Shown: piece after piece, positions 9,474-19,713 of the stretch
Layout: every line of letters starts with the position of its first letter
Position numbering within the stretch: position 1 is the stretch's first letter
NCBI GenBank assembly: GCA_965219345.1
Contig: OZ244732.1
Location: 288,001 to 352,000, forward strand
Direction: 5' to 3'
DNA: 64,000 nt
Source of the DNA: Nitrosopumilus sp.
Lineage (GTDB): Archaea > Thermoproteota > Nitrososphaeria > Nitrososphaerales > Nitrosopumilaceae
Notes under the pieces: generated by a model
Seen by the model: only the letters and a program-made list of their open reading frames with translations
What the model was told of the DNA's origin: nothing
Databases searched by the model: none
Position numbers and translations under genes: made by a program

Positions 9474-11186
9474 CTAATATTTTCTCTCCACTGGACGGTA
9501 CTTAGTTATTGTGACTGGAAATGTTTTCATGATTGGTTCATTTGGATCATAGTAAGCAAGTGTATGATGTAAGAAGTTTACATCATCACGTTTAGTATAA
9601 TCAGTTCTTGCATGTGCACCACGAGATTCTTTCCTGTTAATTGCACCAATCAACACAACCTCTGCTACTCTAAACATAGAATCAAGTTCCATTACATTTG
9701 AAAAATTGGTGTTATACTCTTTTGCCTTATCATCAACATGTTTCCAAGTCTGCTCTTTAAGATCACGAGTCTTCTTGAGACCTTCTACTAAATCAGTTTC
9801 ATTTCTGTAAACATAGGCTTTTTCATTCATGGTGTCAGTAAGTTGTTGTCGAATTTCATATGGATTTACGTCGCCACTTCCTCTAAAGATTCCATCATAG
9901 ATTCTCTTTTCTTCTGCTTCAACCAAATGATCAGGCCAAGAAACGGATGGAATACCATTTTGGATATATTCCACTGCCAATTCTCCAGTAATTTTACCCC
10001 AAACAATGCATTCCGAGGTTGAATTTGCGCCTAGTCGGTTTGAACCATGAACACTATTACATGCTGCCTCACCTGCAGCCCAAACTCCCAGCATTTGTGT
10101 AGCACCTTGAATATCAGTATGAATTCCTCCCATCATATAATGACAAACGGGTCTAACATCAAGTAATTCTTCGGCAGGATCAATACCAGAAAATTTGATA
10201 GAAATTTCTCTAATTCCACCTAATTTCTCTTTAATCTTTTCATCCCCAATATGCCTTAAATCAAGTTTCATACAATCAACCCCAGTTTCATGTTTGAACC
10301 CTCGACCTTCCTGAATTTCGGTCATTATTGATCTTGATACAATATCACGTGGAGCTAATTCCATTTTACTAGCAGCATAATCTTTCATAAATCGTTCACC
10401 TTTGTTGTTAAGTAGATAAGCACCTTCTCCTCTTGCACCTTCTGTGATCAAAATTCCAGATGGCAAAATTCCTGTTGGATGGAATTGTACAAACTCCATA
10501 TCTTTTAGTGCCATGCCAGCACGAAATCCCATATCCAATCCATCTGGAGTCGATGACAGTGCATAAGTCGAAAAACTATACAATCTTCCAGCACCGCCAG
10601 TTGCAATGATAAGAGCTTTTCCTTTAATTGTGTAAAATGTACCAGAAGATAATTCAATTGCAGTAAGTCCCATGAATCGTTTTCTGTCATGAATGATTGA
10701 TGTTGCAAACCATTCGTTAAGATATTCTATATTTTCATATTTCTGACATGTGTCATACAAAGTTTGCATTTCAAAGAAGCCAACTTTATCTGATGCATAA
10801 GTTGCTCTTGGAAAACTATAACCGCCAAAGTTTCTTTGATCAATTTTACCATTATCTTTTCTAGACCAAGGCATACCCCAATGTTCTAATTGGTAGATTT
10901 CTTTTGGCATTTCTACACAAAGTTTTTCAGCAACATCTTGATCTGCAAGAAAGTCACTTCCTTTTACAGTATCATAAATATGAGATTCAATGGTATCACC
11001 TTCTTCTTCACAAATTACTGCTGCAGTTCCTCCTTCTGCAGACACAGAATGAGAGCGCATTACTTGTAATTTTGAAACAATGCCAATTTTGAGATTTGGT
11101 CCCTTTTTTGCAGCCGCTATTGCAGCTCTTAAACCGGCAAGACCAGAACCACAGATTATTAGATCAAATTCGATGGAATCTGTCAT
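9474..11186 (-). CDS. sdhA: Succinate dehydrogenase flavoprotein subunit
   Basis: GSGLAG, RSHSVSAEGG covalent-FAD His, QFHPT, HGSNRLGANS. Confidence 0.96.
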   Translation of the reverse strand: MTDSIEFDLIICGSGLAGLRAAIAAAKKGPNLKIGIVSKLQVMRSHSVSAEGGTAAVICEEEGDTIESHIYDTVKGSDFLADQDVAEKLCVEMPKEIYQLEHWGMPWSRKDNGKIDQRNFGGYSFPRATYASDKVGFFEMQTLYDTCQKYENIEYLNEWFATSIIHDRKRFMGLTAIELSSGTFYTIKGKALIIATGGAGRLYSFSTYALSSTPDGLDMGFRAGMALKDMEFVQFHPTGILPSGILITEGARGEGAYLLNNKGERFMKDYAASKMELAPRDIVSRSIMTEIQEGRGFKHETGVDCMKLDLRHIGDEKIKEKLGGIREISIKFSGIDPAEELLDVRPVCHYMMGGIHTDIQGATQMLGVWAAGEAACNSVHGSNRLGANSTSECIVWGKITGELAVEYIQNGIPSVSWPDHLVEAEEKRIYDGIFRGSGDVNPYEIRQQLTDTMNEKAYVYRNETDLVEGLKKTRDLKEQTWKHVDDKAKEYNTNFSNVMELDSMFRVAEVVLIGAINRKESRGAHARTDYTKRDDVNFLHHTLAYYDPNEPIMKTFPVTITKYRPVERKY

Positions 11187-11257
11187 TTTTCAGACAAACT
11201 TGCTTTGAGTGTGATAAATATGTAGTAATTTGGAGGCGTGATCCAAAATATTAAAAT

Positions 11258-11283
11258 ATATCACTAGTGATATCACTAGTGAT
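11258..11283. promoter_or_regulatory. Perfect palindrome, probable PadR operator between divergent sdhA and padR
   Basis: atcactagtgatatcactagtgat (11260-11283) is a 24-bp perfect palindrome made of two 12-bp palindromes, overlapping the padR start. Confidence 0.6.
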
Positions 11284-11791
11284 GATTTCAGAGTGGTTTC
11301 AGAGAGTAGGAAGTTCGATTCCTAGAGGGTTTTCGAGATATTTCATTTTAGAACTATTGAAAAAGAAAGAACGTACTGGAAAAGAGATCATCGATTATGC
11401 AGTAGAACAAAGTAATGGAATTTGGAAACCATCTCCAGGATTGATCTATCCATTGTTAGGTAGATTACTAGATGAAGGATTAATTGAAGAAAATGAAGAT
11501 GGAAAATATCAATTAACAAAGAAAGGAAACGAAACAGCATCTGATGTAGATAAGATAAACGATATTGTTAGAAAGCAATTGGAGGTTTTGTTTAGACTAA
11601 GCAACGTAGGAAGATTTGTTGCCATAGATCTATTAGAAAAGATTTCAGCAATGGGTTCCATCCTAAGTTCAAATTTTGCCCATATGACTGATGATGAGAC
11701 AAAGAAATACAAACATTTTCTTGAATCAGAACTAAAGAAAATTCAAGGAAAAGAAGTAAATGACAAAGGCAAAGAAATTAAGATCGAATAG
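11267..11791 (+). CDS. PadR-family transcriptional regulator
   Basis: WKPSPGLIYPLL..L..EGLI, YQLTKKG. Confidence 0.9.
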   Translation: MISLVMISEWFQRVGSSIPRGFSRYFILELLKKKERTGKEIIDYAVEQSNGIWKPSPGLIYPLLGRLLDEGLIEENEDGKYQLTKKGNETASDVDKINDIVRKQLEVLFRLSNVGRFVAIDLLEKISAMGSILSSNFAHMTDDETKKYKHFLESELKKIQGKEVNDKGKEIKIE

Positions 11792-11918
11792 CAATATAGA
11801 AAAATTACTTGAATAGATTTCTATAAAAAATCAAAACCAAAAAAGATCTAATATCTATCAAGTAATATCAGATAATTTTGGATTAAAATCATAAATAATT
11901 CACAGGAAGAACACAATT

Positions 11919-12785
11919 ATGAAAAATTTAAGAAATATGTTAAAATCAAAAAAACCACTTGTTATTCCAGGAGTTTATGATGCATTAGGTGCAAAAATTG
12001 CCCAAAAAGTTGGATTTAAGGCAATGTTCCAAACAGGTTATGGAACATCTGCATCTCTATTTGGAATGCCAGATTATGGATTTATTGGAGCAACAGAAAC
12101 AGTAGATAATGCGAGACGTATATGCAGGGCAGTTTCAGTACCTGTAATTGTAGATTCAGATACAGGGTATGGAAATGCTTTGAGTGTTTGGAAATTAGTT
12201 AAGGAACTAGAATCATCAGGAGCTGCAGGAATTTTTCTCGAAGATCAAAGATGGCCTAAAAGATGTGGACATATGCAAGGAAAAGAAGTAATTCCTCAAG
12301 AAGAATACACTGAAAAATTATCAGCTGCCCTTGATGCAAGAGAAAGCAAAGATTTCATAATTGTTGCAAGAACAGACGCAAGAGCAACTGAAGGATTAGA
12401 TGCAGCTATTGAGCGTGGGAAACAAAATAAAAAAACAGGCGCTGATGCAATATTTGTGGAAGCCCCAAGATCATTAAAGGAAATGAAAAAGATTGGAAAA
12501 GAAATCAATGCGCCATTAGTTGCAAATATGATTGAAGGGGGAGCTACGCCATTGAGTTCAGCTGAAATACTAAACAAAATTGGATTTAAAATAGTTCTTT
12601 ACCCGCTATCTGTTTTGTATGCTAATACATTTGCAACCATGAATATTCTAAAAGAGTTGAAGAAATCAGGGAACACTACAAAATATAAACAAAAAGTTGT
12701 GAATTTTGATCAGTTTAATCATTTGGTTGAACTTCAAAAGTTCAGAAAAATGGAAAAAAAGTACGGATTTTCAAAAAGAGAATAA
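11919..12785 (+). CDS. prpB: Isocitrate lyase/PEP mutase family (methylisocitrate lyase-like)
   Basis: DSDTGYG, EDQRWPKRCGH, IVARTDA. Confidence 0.8.
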   Translation: MKNLRNMLKSKKPLVIPGVYDALGAKIAQKVGFKAMFQTGYGTSASLFGMPDYGFIGATETVDNARRICRAVSVPVIVDSDTGYGNALSVWKLVKELESSGAAGIFLEDQRWPKRCGHMQGKEVIPQEEYTEKLSAALDARESKDFIIVARTDARATEGLDAAIERGKQNKKTGADAIFVEAPRSLKEMKKIGKEINAPLVANMIEGGATPLSSAEILNKIGFKIVLYPLSVLYANTFATMNILKELKKSGNTTKYKQKVVNFDQFNHLVELQKFRKMEKKYGFSKRE

Positions 12786-12810
12786 AAGAAAAATTTCAAG
12801 TAAAGCGCAG

Positions 12811-13323
12811 TTATGCTGTGTTTCTCTTTACTTCAATTTCTATTGTTGAAACGTTTCTGGTTCTACCGTCTTGTGACTCTAATGCTTCTGAGCCAATGTT
12901 AATTTCTCCTATAGAATAGCCTGCACTTTCTGTTTTTCGTGCAATGATTTGAGCTACATCTACAGCACGACCAATGCTCATTCCTCTAGCTTTGATGTAA
13001 ACGGCTGGTAAGTTTGCCAATTGAATTAGTGTGGATGTAACATATGCCATCAATGGTTTCTTACCTATGAATATGGTGTCTCTGCTTCCTCGAGTTTCTT
13101 TAGGTGTAGAAGACTGTTCGTTTTCTGAAGTCTCTTTAGGTGTAGAATACTGTGTGTTTTCTGAAGTCTCTTTAGGTGTAGAAGACTGTTCGTTTTCTGA
13201 AGTCTCTTTAGGTGTAGAAGACTGTTCGTTTTCTGAAGTCTCTTTAGGTGTAGAATACTGTGTGTTTTCTGAAGTCTCTTTAGGTGCAGAAGACTGTTCG
13301 TTTTCTGTTGACATAGCATTCAA
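12811..13323 (-). CDS. Alba chromatin protein with repeat-expanded N-terminal tail
   Basis: IFIGKKPLMAYV, KARGMSIGRAVDVA, NVSTIEI. Confidence 0.92.
   Translation of the reverse strand: MNAMSTENEQSSAPKETSENTQYSTPKETSENEQSSTPKETSENEQSSTPKETSENTQYSTPKETSENEQSSTPKETRGSRDTIFIGKKPLMAYVTSTLIQLANLPAVYIKARGMSIGRAVDVAQIIARKTESAGYSIGEINIGSEALESQDGRTRNVSTIEIEVKRNTA
13093..13308 (-). repeat. 6 x 36-nt coding tandem repeat (TSENEQSSTPKE / TSENTQYSTPKE)
   Basis: Two unit variants in order A-B-A-A-B-A, no spacers. Confidence 0.95.
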
Positions 13324-13428
13324 CTATTCAGGGATAATTTAAATCTAAAAGAATTTTTTTTTGATCTATGAAAATTTTTTGAAAAATTTGAACTATTATT
13401 AACCAGAAAAGAGTGATTTATTCAGAAC

Positions 13429-13965
13429 TTGGAAAATATTTTGAAAATTTTAGAATTAGGAAGTTGTGAAGAAAAAATTAAAATTTTAGAAACTTTAGAT
13501 TGCACAGATAATTCAGAAATTTTAGAAAAAATAATTTTGAAATTAGATGACGATGATATTCAAGTTAGAGGAGAAGCATTTAGTTCACTTGTATTAAATG
13601 AAAACAAAATTTCAAATTTCTTAATTAAAAGTTTAAATTCTGCAAGTAAAAATATCAGAGGTTTTGCATCATTAGTATTAGCAAATAGAAATGAGATAAC
13701 TGCAATTCCAGACATTATAAAACTTGCAAAAGATGAACATTCTATGGTTAGAGCATGCGCAATTGGAGCACTAGGACATCTCAAAGCTCAAGAAGCTAAA
13801 GAAATTTTTCTTGAATCTTTGTTAGATTCTAATTTAGAAGTAAGAAAAAGTGCTATTCAGGCAGTTATTGATCTAAATATCACAATTTCAGAAAAAAAAA
13901 TAATGGAGATTATTAAAGAAAAAGATCCTGAAATAGAAAAAATGCTTTCTCAATTAAAAAAATAG
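13429..13965 (+). CDS. HEAT-repeat protein
   Basis: Repeated D..VR..A..AL motifs. Confidence 0.85.
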   Translation: MENILKILELGSCEEKIKILETLDCTDNSEILEKIILKLDDDDIQVRGEAFSSLVLNENKISNFLIKSLNSASKNIRGFASLVLANRNEITAIPDIIKLAKDEHSMVRACAIGALGHLKAQEAKEIFLESLLDSNLEVRKSAIQAVIDLNITISEKKIMEIIKEKDPEIEKMLSQLKK

Positions 13966-14039
13966 TGGACCGGAAGGGATTTGAACCCTCGATCCGATGC
14001 ATGCCATGCACCTATCCTACCGGACTAGACGACCGGCCC
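13966..14039 (-). tRNA. tRNA-Ala (GGC)
   Basis: GGGCCGG..CCGGTCC-A acceptor with G3:U70; loop AT-GGC-AT. Confidence 0.93.
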
Positions 14040-14164
14040 AATAATCAGAATTCTGATTGAATTACATTTTTCAAATTGGTTATTAACGTTTAGCGGTCTA
14101 AATGAAATACATTATGAAGTTAACACAAAAGATATTTAACTATAATTATCTTGATTGAATCGTT

Positions 14165-15010
14165 ATGGTGGTAGATAACAAAGCAACTGTCACATATGTT
14201 CAATTACTAAAAGAAGATCTTGTAATTATTAGACTGGTTCCAAAAGATGGTCCAGTTCCTGAATTTCAAGCTGGTCAATTCATTACATTAGGATTGCCAA
14301 ATCCTGTAGAAGGTGGAAAGATTGTTAGACGAGCGTATTCAATTGCATCTCATCCAGAAAATAGGGATTTCATTGAGCTTGTTATCAGATGGATTAGGAA
14401 ACCACTCCCTGGCAGATTAACTACACAATTATTTAATCTAAAAGAAGGAGATGAGATTCTTTGGTTAAAGCCATCAGGTAAAGCACTGATGATTAGTGAA
14501 GAACTTCCTAATGGGGAAAAAGATAACAGAAGAATTGTATGTATAGGGGGCGGTACAGGTCTTGCACCATTTGTCAGTTTTGCACAGCACTTGCATGATA
14601 CTGGAGATAAACGAGAGATTATAGTTTTACAGGGTGCTAGTTACGTTGATGAGTTAAGTTACAAAGATTTGCTAACTTCTCTTGAAGATGAAAGTGGGAA
14701 GAGAGGCAAGGATGAGTGGAACTTTAAGTACAGAGCAGCAGTCAGTAGACCTCAAGAATGGTTTAACAGATCATGGGGCGGTCAAATTGGAAGGGTTGAA
14801 ACATTCCTAAGACCTAGAGAAAATAACAAGTCACAACTTGAAGAATTAATCGGTGGTGAAATCACTAAAGAGAATACAATTTTCTATATTTGTGGTTGGC
14901 AGGGAACAATAGATGGTGCAATGGACTTTTTAACACCAAAGGGATTTGTCACAGAACATAACAAACGTGAAGATGGAAGTTTTGAAGTTAAATACGAATC
15001 ATACGGATAA
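14165..15010 (+). CDS. Ferredoxin--NADP+ reductase family flavoprotein (paralog 2)
   Basis: RAYSIAS, GGGTGLAPF, YICGW, C-terminal YESYG. Confidence 0.9.
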   Translation: MVVDNKATVTYVQLLKEDLVIIRLVPKDGPVPEFQAGQFITLGLPNPVEGGKIVRRAYSIASHPENRDFIELVIRWIRKPLPGRLTTQLFNLKEGDEILWLKPSGKALMISEELPNGEKDNRRIVCIGGGTGLAPFVSFAQHLHDTGDKREIIVLQGASYVDELSYKDLLTSLEDESGKRGKDEWNFKYRAAVSRPQEWFNRSWGGQIGRVETFLRPRENNKSQLEELIGGEITKENTIFYICGWQGTIDGAMDFLTPKGFVTEHNKREDGSFEVKYESYG

Positions 15011-15077
15011 AAATTTTAAAAAGAATAATTTTGTGAAAATCAATCATTGAAATATGAGATTTATGTAGGAAATGTAA

Positions 15078-15679
15078 TTGATTACTGCACTATATCTTGC
15101 GCATCTAAATCCAGTAACTGATGCACATATTGAAATTATCTCAGAGTTAAAAAAAGAAGCTGATATTGTTAAAGTCATGCCCGTAGTTTTCAAAGTGGGG
15201 GACAGGGAAGTTAACAGTAAAAGTTTTCCATTTAATTTTGAAACGAGAAAGAAAATGTTAATGTCTATTTTTGGCGATTCAATTCAAGTCACTGATGATT
15301 ATGCATTTTTTGCTCCATTTAAAAAATATCTTCCTCCATTAGTAAGACGAAGATCATGGAAATTAAGAAAACAGATTCTTCAAGGAGTTAAAGGAGATTT
15401 TTTTTCATATACAGGTGACAAGGCTGAAGGTTATATGCTAAAAATGTACAGATTAAAACCAAAATTGGGAGAAAGAAAATCACTTTCTGCATCATCCGTT
15501 AAAGAAAAATTGTTTGATGCTGCACTTGGAAAAGAATCTACTTGGAAAAAAGATGTTCCAGAAAGCATAGCAAAATAATAGAAGAGAATTGGGAAATAGT
15601 AGAGAAATTTGCAAACATTGAAGATGGGACCACAAGAGTTGCAGGAATGAAATTTCCTAAAGAAGGATATTCAAAATAA
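15078..15679 (+). pseudogene. HxGH-type nucleotidyltransferase-like gene with 1-nt frameshift (or sequencing error)
   Basis: YLAHLNPVTDAH motif; one extra A in the A4 run near 15572-15575 extends the ORF through IIEENWEIVEKF..FPKEGYSK* to 15679. Confidence 0.65.
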
Positions 15680-15713
15680 ATAGAGATTAATACACTTCCA
15701 GTAAAAATTTTCT

Positions 15714-16631
15714 GTGAAACTTCCACTTTCAAAATATGTCTGGTTTGACGGAGAGTATGTTCTTGCGGAAAAGGCTCAAGTTCCAATTACTACTCATGCA
15801 ATTCATTATGGAACATCAATCTTCGAAGGAATTAGGGCATATTGGAATGGAAAAAATCTTTATGTATTTAGACTAGATGAACATGTAAAACGATTTAGAA
15901 GATCGGGACAGTTTTACAATATTTCACTTAACTTCTCTGATAAAGTCATTAGTAATGCAATTACAGGAATCTGTAGAAAAAATGAAATCAAGAAATCATG
16001 TTACATCAGACCATTTTATTTTGTAGGGGATTATGGAATAAATCTACATGTAACTGAAAGGGCTCCAACAAATGTTGGAATTTTTTCATTTCTTTTTGGA
16101 GATTTATTTAACAAAAATGGAATTTCAGCGGAAGTGGTGTCTTGGAGGAAATTCTCAGACAAGTCTACCCCCACACAAGCAAAAATGGGCGGTAACTATT
16201 TGAATTCTATTATTGCAACACAAGAAGCAAAACGAGATGGTGTTGATGAAGCAATTTTGCTTGATCATAATGGAAATGTTAGTGAAGCGCCAGGAGAAAA
16301 TATCTTTATTGTTAGAGATGGGCAATTGGCAACACCATCACTAGAGTCATCTGCACTTGAAGGAATTACTCGTGATGCAGTAATCAAAATTGCAAGAGAT
16401 TTGGATATTGATGTCGTTGAAAGAGACATTGCAAGGATGGAATTATCTATGTCTGATGAGATTTTCCTGACTGGAACAGCGGCTGAAATCACTCCCATCA
16501 TATCAATGGATTCAAAAAAGGTAGGTAATGGTAAACCAGGTGTAATAACTAAAAAAATGATGAAAGAGTACACAGACATAGTAATGAACAAAAATGATAA
16601 CTATTCTCATTGGTTAACTACGGTGTATTAG
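15714..16631 (+). CDS. ilvE: Branched-chain amino acid aminotransferase
   Basis: HYGTSIFEGIRAY, AKMGGNYLNS, EAPGENIF, LEGITR. Confidence 0.93.
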   Translation: MKLPLSKYVWFDGEYVLAEKAQVPITTHAIHYGTSIFEGIRAYWNGKNLYVFRLDEHVKRFRRSGQFYNISLNFSDKVISNAITGICRKNEIKKSCYIRPFYFVGDYGINLHVTERAPTNVGIFSFLFGDLFNKNGISAEVVSWRKFSDKSTPTQAKMGGNYLNSIIATQEAKRDGVDEAILLDHNGNVSEAPGENIFIVRDGQLATPSLESSALEGITRDAVIKIARDLDIDVVERDIARMELSMSDEIFLTGTAAEITPIISMDSKKVGNGKPGVITKKMMKEYTDIVMNKNDNYSHWLTTVY

Positions 16632-17567
16632 ATGAAAATCGTTCAAATTGGAGCCGGTGGATGGGGTAAAAATCATACCAGAATTTTATCTCGATTAGGT
16701 GTACTTTCAGCTGTCTGTGATTCAGATTCTGAAAGAAGTAAAGAATATGGAGAAAAATATTCTGTAAATCATTATGAATCATTAGATGAACTACTAATTT
16801 CAGAAGAGTTTGATGGAGCATTTGTAGTAACACCTACATCAACTCACACAGAAATTGCAACAAAATTGTTAGAGGCAAAAAAGCATGTTTTTGTAGAAAA
16901 ACCAATGACGTACAAATCTGAAGATGGTGAAAAACTTGCCAAACTTGCGGAGAAAAATAAAGTGATTCTAACCTGTGGATATATTGAGAGATTTAATTCT
17001 GCCGTAGATATTGTAAAGAAATTTGTCAAGGAAAAAAAATTCGGTGATTTGGTGATGTTAGAATTTCACCGTGAAAATAGAATGCCTCTTCATATCAAAG
17101 ATGTTGGAATCATTTATGATACTTCAGTACACGATATTGATACTGCAAATTGGTTGTTTAATGATATGCCATATGTAGTATTTGCAAGAGCAGGTAAAAT
17201 AAAACACGAACATGAGGATTTTGCAAGCATCATGCTAGGATACAAAGATGACAAAGTTGCGATTATTTCATCAAACTGGATTACACCAAAAAAAGTTAGA
17301 AAATTCAATGCTGTATGTACAGATGCGATAATTTCTTCAGACTTTATCACTCAAGAGATAATTGTAGAGAAAGGTGATGAAACAGAAACTGTTCAAAACG
17401 AAAAACAGGAACCATTGTTATTAGAAATTCAAAGTTTCCTAGGAGCAATTGAAGGTAAAAACGAACAAGTTGTTAAATCACAAGAAGCAGTCAACGTTAC
17501 AAAGATTGCAGAAGCTGCACTTTTATCTAGTCAAAAAGGAATACCAATCTATCTAGATCTAAAATGA
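16632..17567 (+). CDS. Gfo/Idh/MocA oxidoreductase
   Basis: IGAGGWG, HVFVEKP, DTSVHDID. Confidence 0.9.
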   Translation: MKIVQIGAGGWGKNHTRILSRLGVLSAVCDSDSERSKEYGEKYSVNHYESLDELLISEEFDGAFVVTPTSTHTEIATKLLEAKKHVFVEKPMTYKSEDGEKLAKLAEKNKVILTCGYIERFNSAVDIVKKFVKEKKFGDLVMLEFHRENRMPLHIKDVGIIYDTSVHDIDTANWLFNDMPYVVFARAGKIKHEHEDFASIMLGYKDDKVAIISSNWITPKKVRKFNAVCTDAIISSDFITQEIIVEKGDETETVQNEKQEPLLLEIQSFLGAIEGKNEQVVKSQEAVNVTKIAEAALLSSQKGIPIYLDLK

Positions 17568-17833
17568 ATAAGACAATGATGGATATTTTGGCATGCCCAA
17601 TTGACAAGAATCATCCTTTGGAATTATTTGAAATCAAAGAAAAAGACAATATAGTTTCAGAAGGGGCATTATTTTGCTCAAAATGTTCTAGATTTTATCC
17701 AATTATTGAAGAAATTCCAATAATGCTTCCTGATGAATTAAGAGACAAGAAACAAGATTTAGAATTTTTGAAAAATAACAAAAATAATCTGCCAGAGGGA
17801 ATTATTAAAAATGCATCTCCATGGCATCTTTAA
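17564..17833 (+). CDS. Trm112-family methyltransferase activator
   Basis: DILACPIDK..CSKCSRFYPI..IPIML. Confidence 0.88.
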   Translation: MNKTMMDILACPIDKNHPLELFEIKEKDNIVSEGALFCSKCSRFYPIIEEIPIMLPDELRDKKQDLEFLKNNKNNLPEGIIKNASPWHL

Positions 17834-17837
17834 TGAA

Positions 17838-18071
17838 TCATAATTTTAACATTTTATGGAATATACTTTTTTTCATTTTGAGCAATATCAATATCCAAGC
17901 AATTACAAGAATAATTGCAATTATTGTTTTTAATCCAGATGATAAAATCATATCAAGATCGCCATAACCACTAATAGAAATTGGTGCTATAGTAAGGACA
18001 AGTATTGCTCCACCTAAAATCATAAGCATCCACATTACAAAAATAAAAGTGAAAATTGGTAACGCTATCAT
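17838..18071 (-). CDS. Small two-TM membrane protein
   Basis: Hydrophobic 77-aa ORF overlapping the upstream stop. Confidence 0.6.
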   Translation of the reverse strand: MIALPIFTFIFVMWMLMILGGAILVLTIAPISISGYGDLDMILSSGLKTIIAIILVIAWILILLKMKKSIFHKMLKL

Positions 18072-19129
18072 AGTTCTTTAGATGACAGTTGTTCTTCTTT
18101 TACAAGTTTAAATCCCATATCCATTCCTCTAATCCAAAAAAGATCCTTTTCTAAAGGATTGTATTGAGAAAATTCAGGAAGAGTTTCTCCAAAAGCCATT
18201 TTGATGTAATAAAATGGCATATTAGATCCAGCAGTAGAAAAAAAGTTACTAGTTGTAAAAAATCTACCTGCATTTATTTCTGTTATACATGGAATACCTT
18301 CTTTGTTTTCTTTCAAATCAACACAGAAAACTCCAGTTGCATTTTCATCTAAAGATAAAACTGCTTTTGTTGCTATATCATTCACATCATCTCTATGAAC
18401 AGTACACGCTATTGATGGTGAAGAAGTTTGTCCACTGGGGGTTAGATAACCAAAAAGATATTCCACTCTTTCACGTGCTTGTGAGGTAAGTAATTTACCA
18501 TCTTTCCAAATACTTTGAAATGCAAATTCTTTTCCTGGGAGAAATTCACTTACCATGAATTGACCATATCCAATTCCATTCATACTGTTCCAATAATCTA
18601 TCCAAATCTTTCCATGTATTGTATTTTTTATTGGAAGGCTAGCTCTTGAACCAGCTCCCCTTATTGCTCTAAGCCAAACTTTTTCATTATTTTCTAATAA
18701 TTTATCAATCTGATTTGAAAGATTAGTCTCATTCTCTACAATATAAGATTCAGCAGTAGGGATTTGCTTGTTTCTAAGTTTATTTACTAGATCCATTTTA
18801 TTTTGGCAAATCTCTATTGTTTGCTTTGATGGAAGAAATAGCCGAGTCCTAACGTGTTCTCTGTTTCTTGATAAGAAAAGAACTTCAGGATCAGGTTGAG
18901 GATGAACTAAGTCTACCTTTTCTTTTTCAATTATTTCATTAAGTTTTTCCAAATATGTTGGTTCTGACACTGAAGGTAAAATATAGCGAACATCAGCATC
19001 GGCAAGTTCTAAATGAAATTTGTTCGTATCAGTTCCAATAATAAAAAATTCTTCATTAGTACCTCTTAGTGATGCTACAAAATTTGTGGCAGCAGCTCCT
19101 CCACAACCAGTTACAAGAATTTTTTTCAT
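18068..19129 (-). CDS. ATP-grasp amide ligase (CPS large subunit-like/PylC-like)
   Basis: ILVTGCGG, CQNKMD, SEFLPGKE, ITEINAGRF. Confidence 0.85.
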   Translation of the reverse strand: MKKILVTGCGGAAATNFVASLRGTNEEFFIIGTDTNKFHLELADADVRYILPSVSEPTYLEKLNEIIEKEKVDLVHPQPDPEVLFLSRNREHVRTRLFLPSKQTIEICQNKMDLVNKLRNKQIPTAESYIVENETNLSNQIDKLLENNEKVWLRAIRGAGSRASLPIKNTIHGKIWIDYWNSMNGIGYGQFMVSEFLPGKEFAFQSIWKDGKLLTSQARERVEYLFGYLTPSGQTSSPSIACTVHRDDVNDIATKAVLSLDENATGVFCVDLKENKEGIPCITEINAGRFFTTSNFFSTAGSNMPFYYIKMAFGETLPEFSQYNPLEKDLFWIRGMDMGFKLVKEEQLSSKEL

Positions 19130-19713
19130 TTATTTATCACTTCTTTAATATCTGCTAAATTTTTTATTATTTTCAAATTACCATTCCTTTCATTTTTGGT
19201 ACTAAAAAGTATATGTTGGCATCCTGCTTTTTTTGCACATTTCATATCATAAATTCCATCTCCTATAACAAGAATTTTTTCTGGATTAAGTTTAATTTTT
19301 TCTAATGTTCGTTGTATTTGTTCAAATCGATCGTAGCTTTCATCTCGTGTAAGAATATTTGAAAAAAGATCAGTGATACCAAATTTATTCAAAATTTCTA
19401 TTGCTACTTTTCTACATTGCATAGTTACTAAACATAACAAACAATTTTTTGCTTTTAAAAAACTCATAATATCGTTTACTCCCTGCATAGATTCTAAATT
19501 TTGTACTGCAATCATTTCTTGTTCACATATCATTTCAAAGGCTTTATCAATCTTAGATTTATCCCCATTCGCTTTGTCAATTATTGATGGAATTAATGGA
19601 GAGAAAGGTTCATCTATTTGAAAAATATTTTTTAATTTTTCTTGTATTGTTTTATAATCTGTAGGTAGATGTACTAAAGTTCCATCTAAATCAAATATAA
19701 CTCCTTTAATCAT
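19126..19713 (-). CDS. HAD-family hydrolase
   Basis: FDLDGTL, IGDGIYD. Confidence 0.9.
   Translation of the reverse strand: MIKGVIFDLDGTLVHLPTDYKTIQEKLKNIFQIDEPFSPLIPSIIDKANGDKSKIDKAFEMICEQEMIAVQNLESMQGVNDIMSFLKAKNCLLCLVTMQCRKVAIEILNKFGITDLFSNILTRDESYDRFEQIQRTLEKIKLNPEKILVIGDGIYDMKCAKKAGCQHILFSTKNERNGNLKIIKNLADIKEVINK

Noticed and set aside
13093-13308. 36-nt periodic repeat resembling a CRISPR array
   Set aside because: Units are contiguous with no unique spacers and are in frame within the Alba gene.
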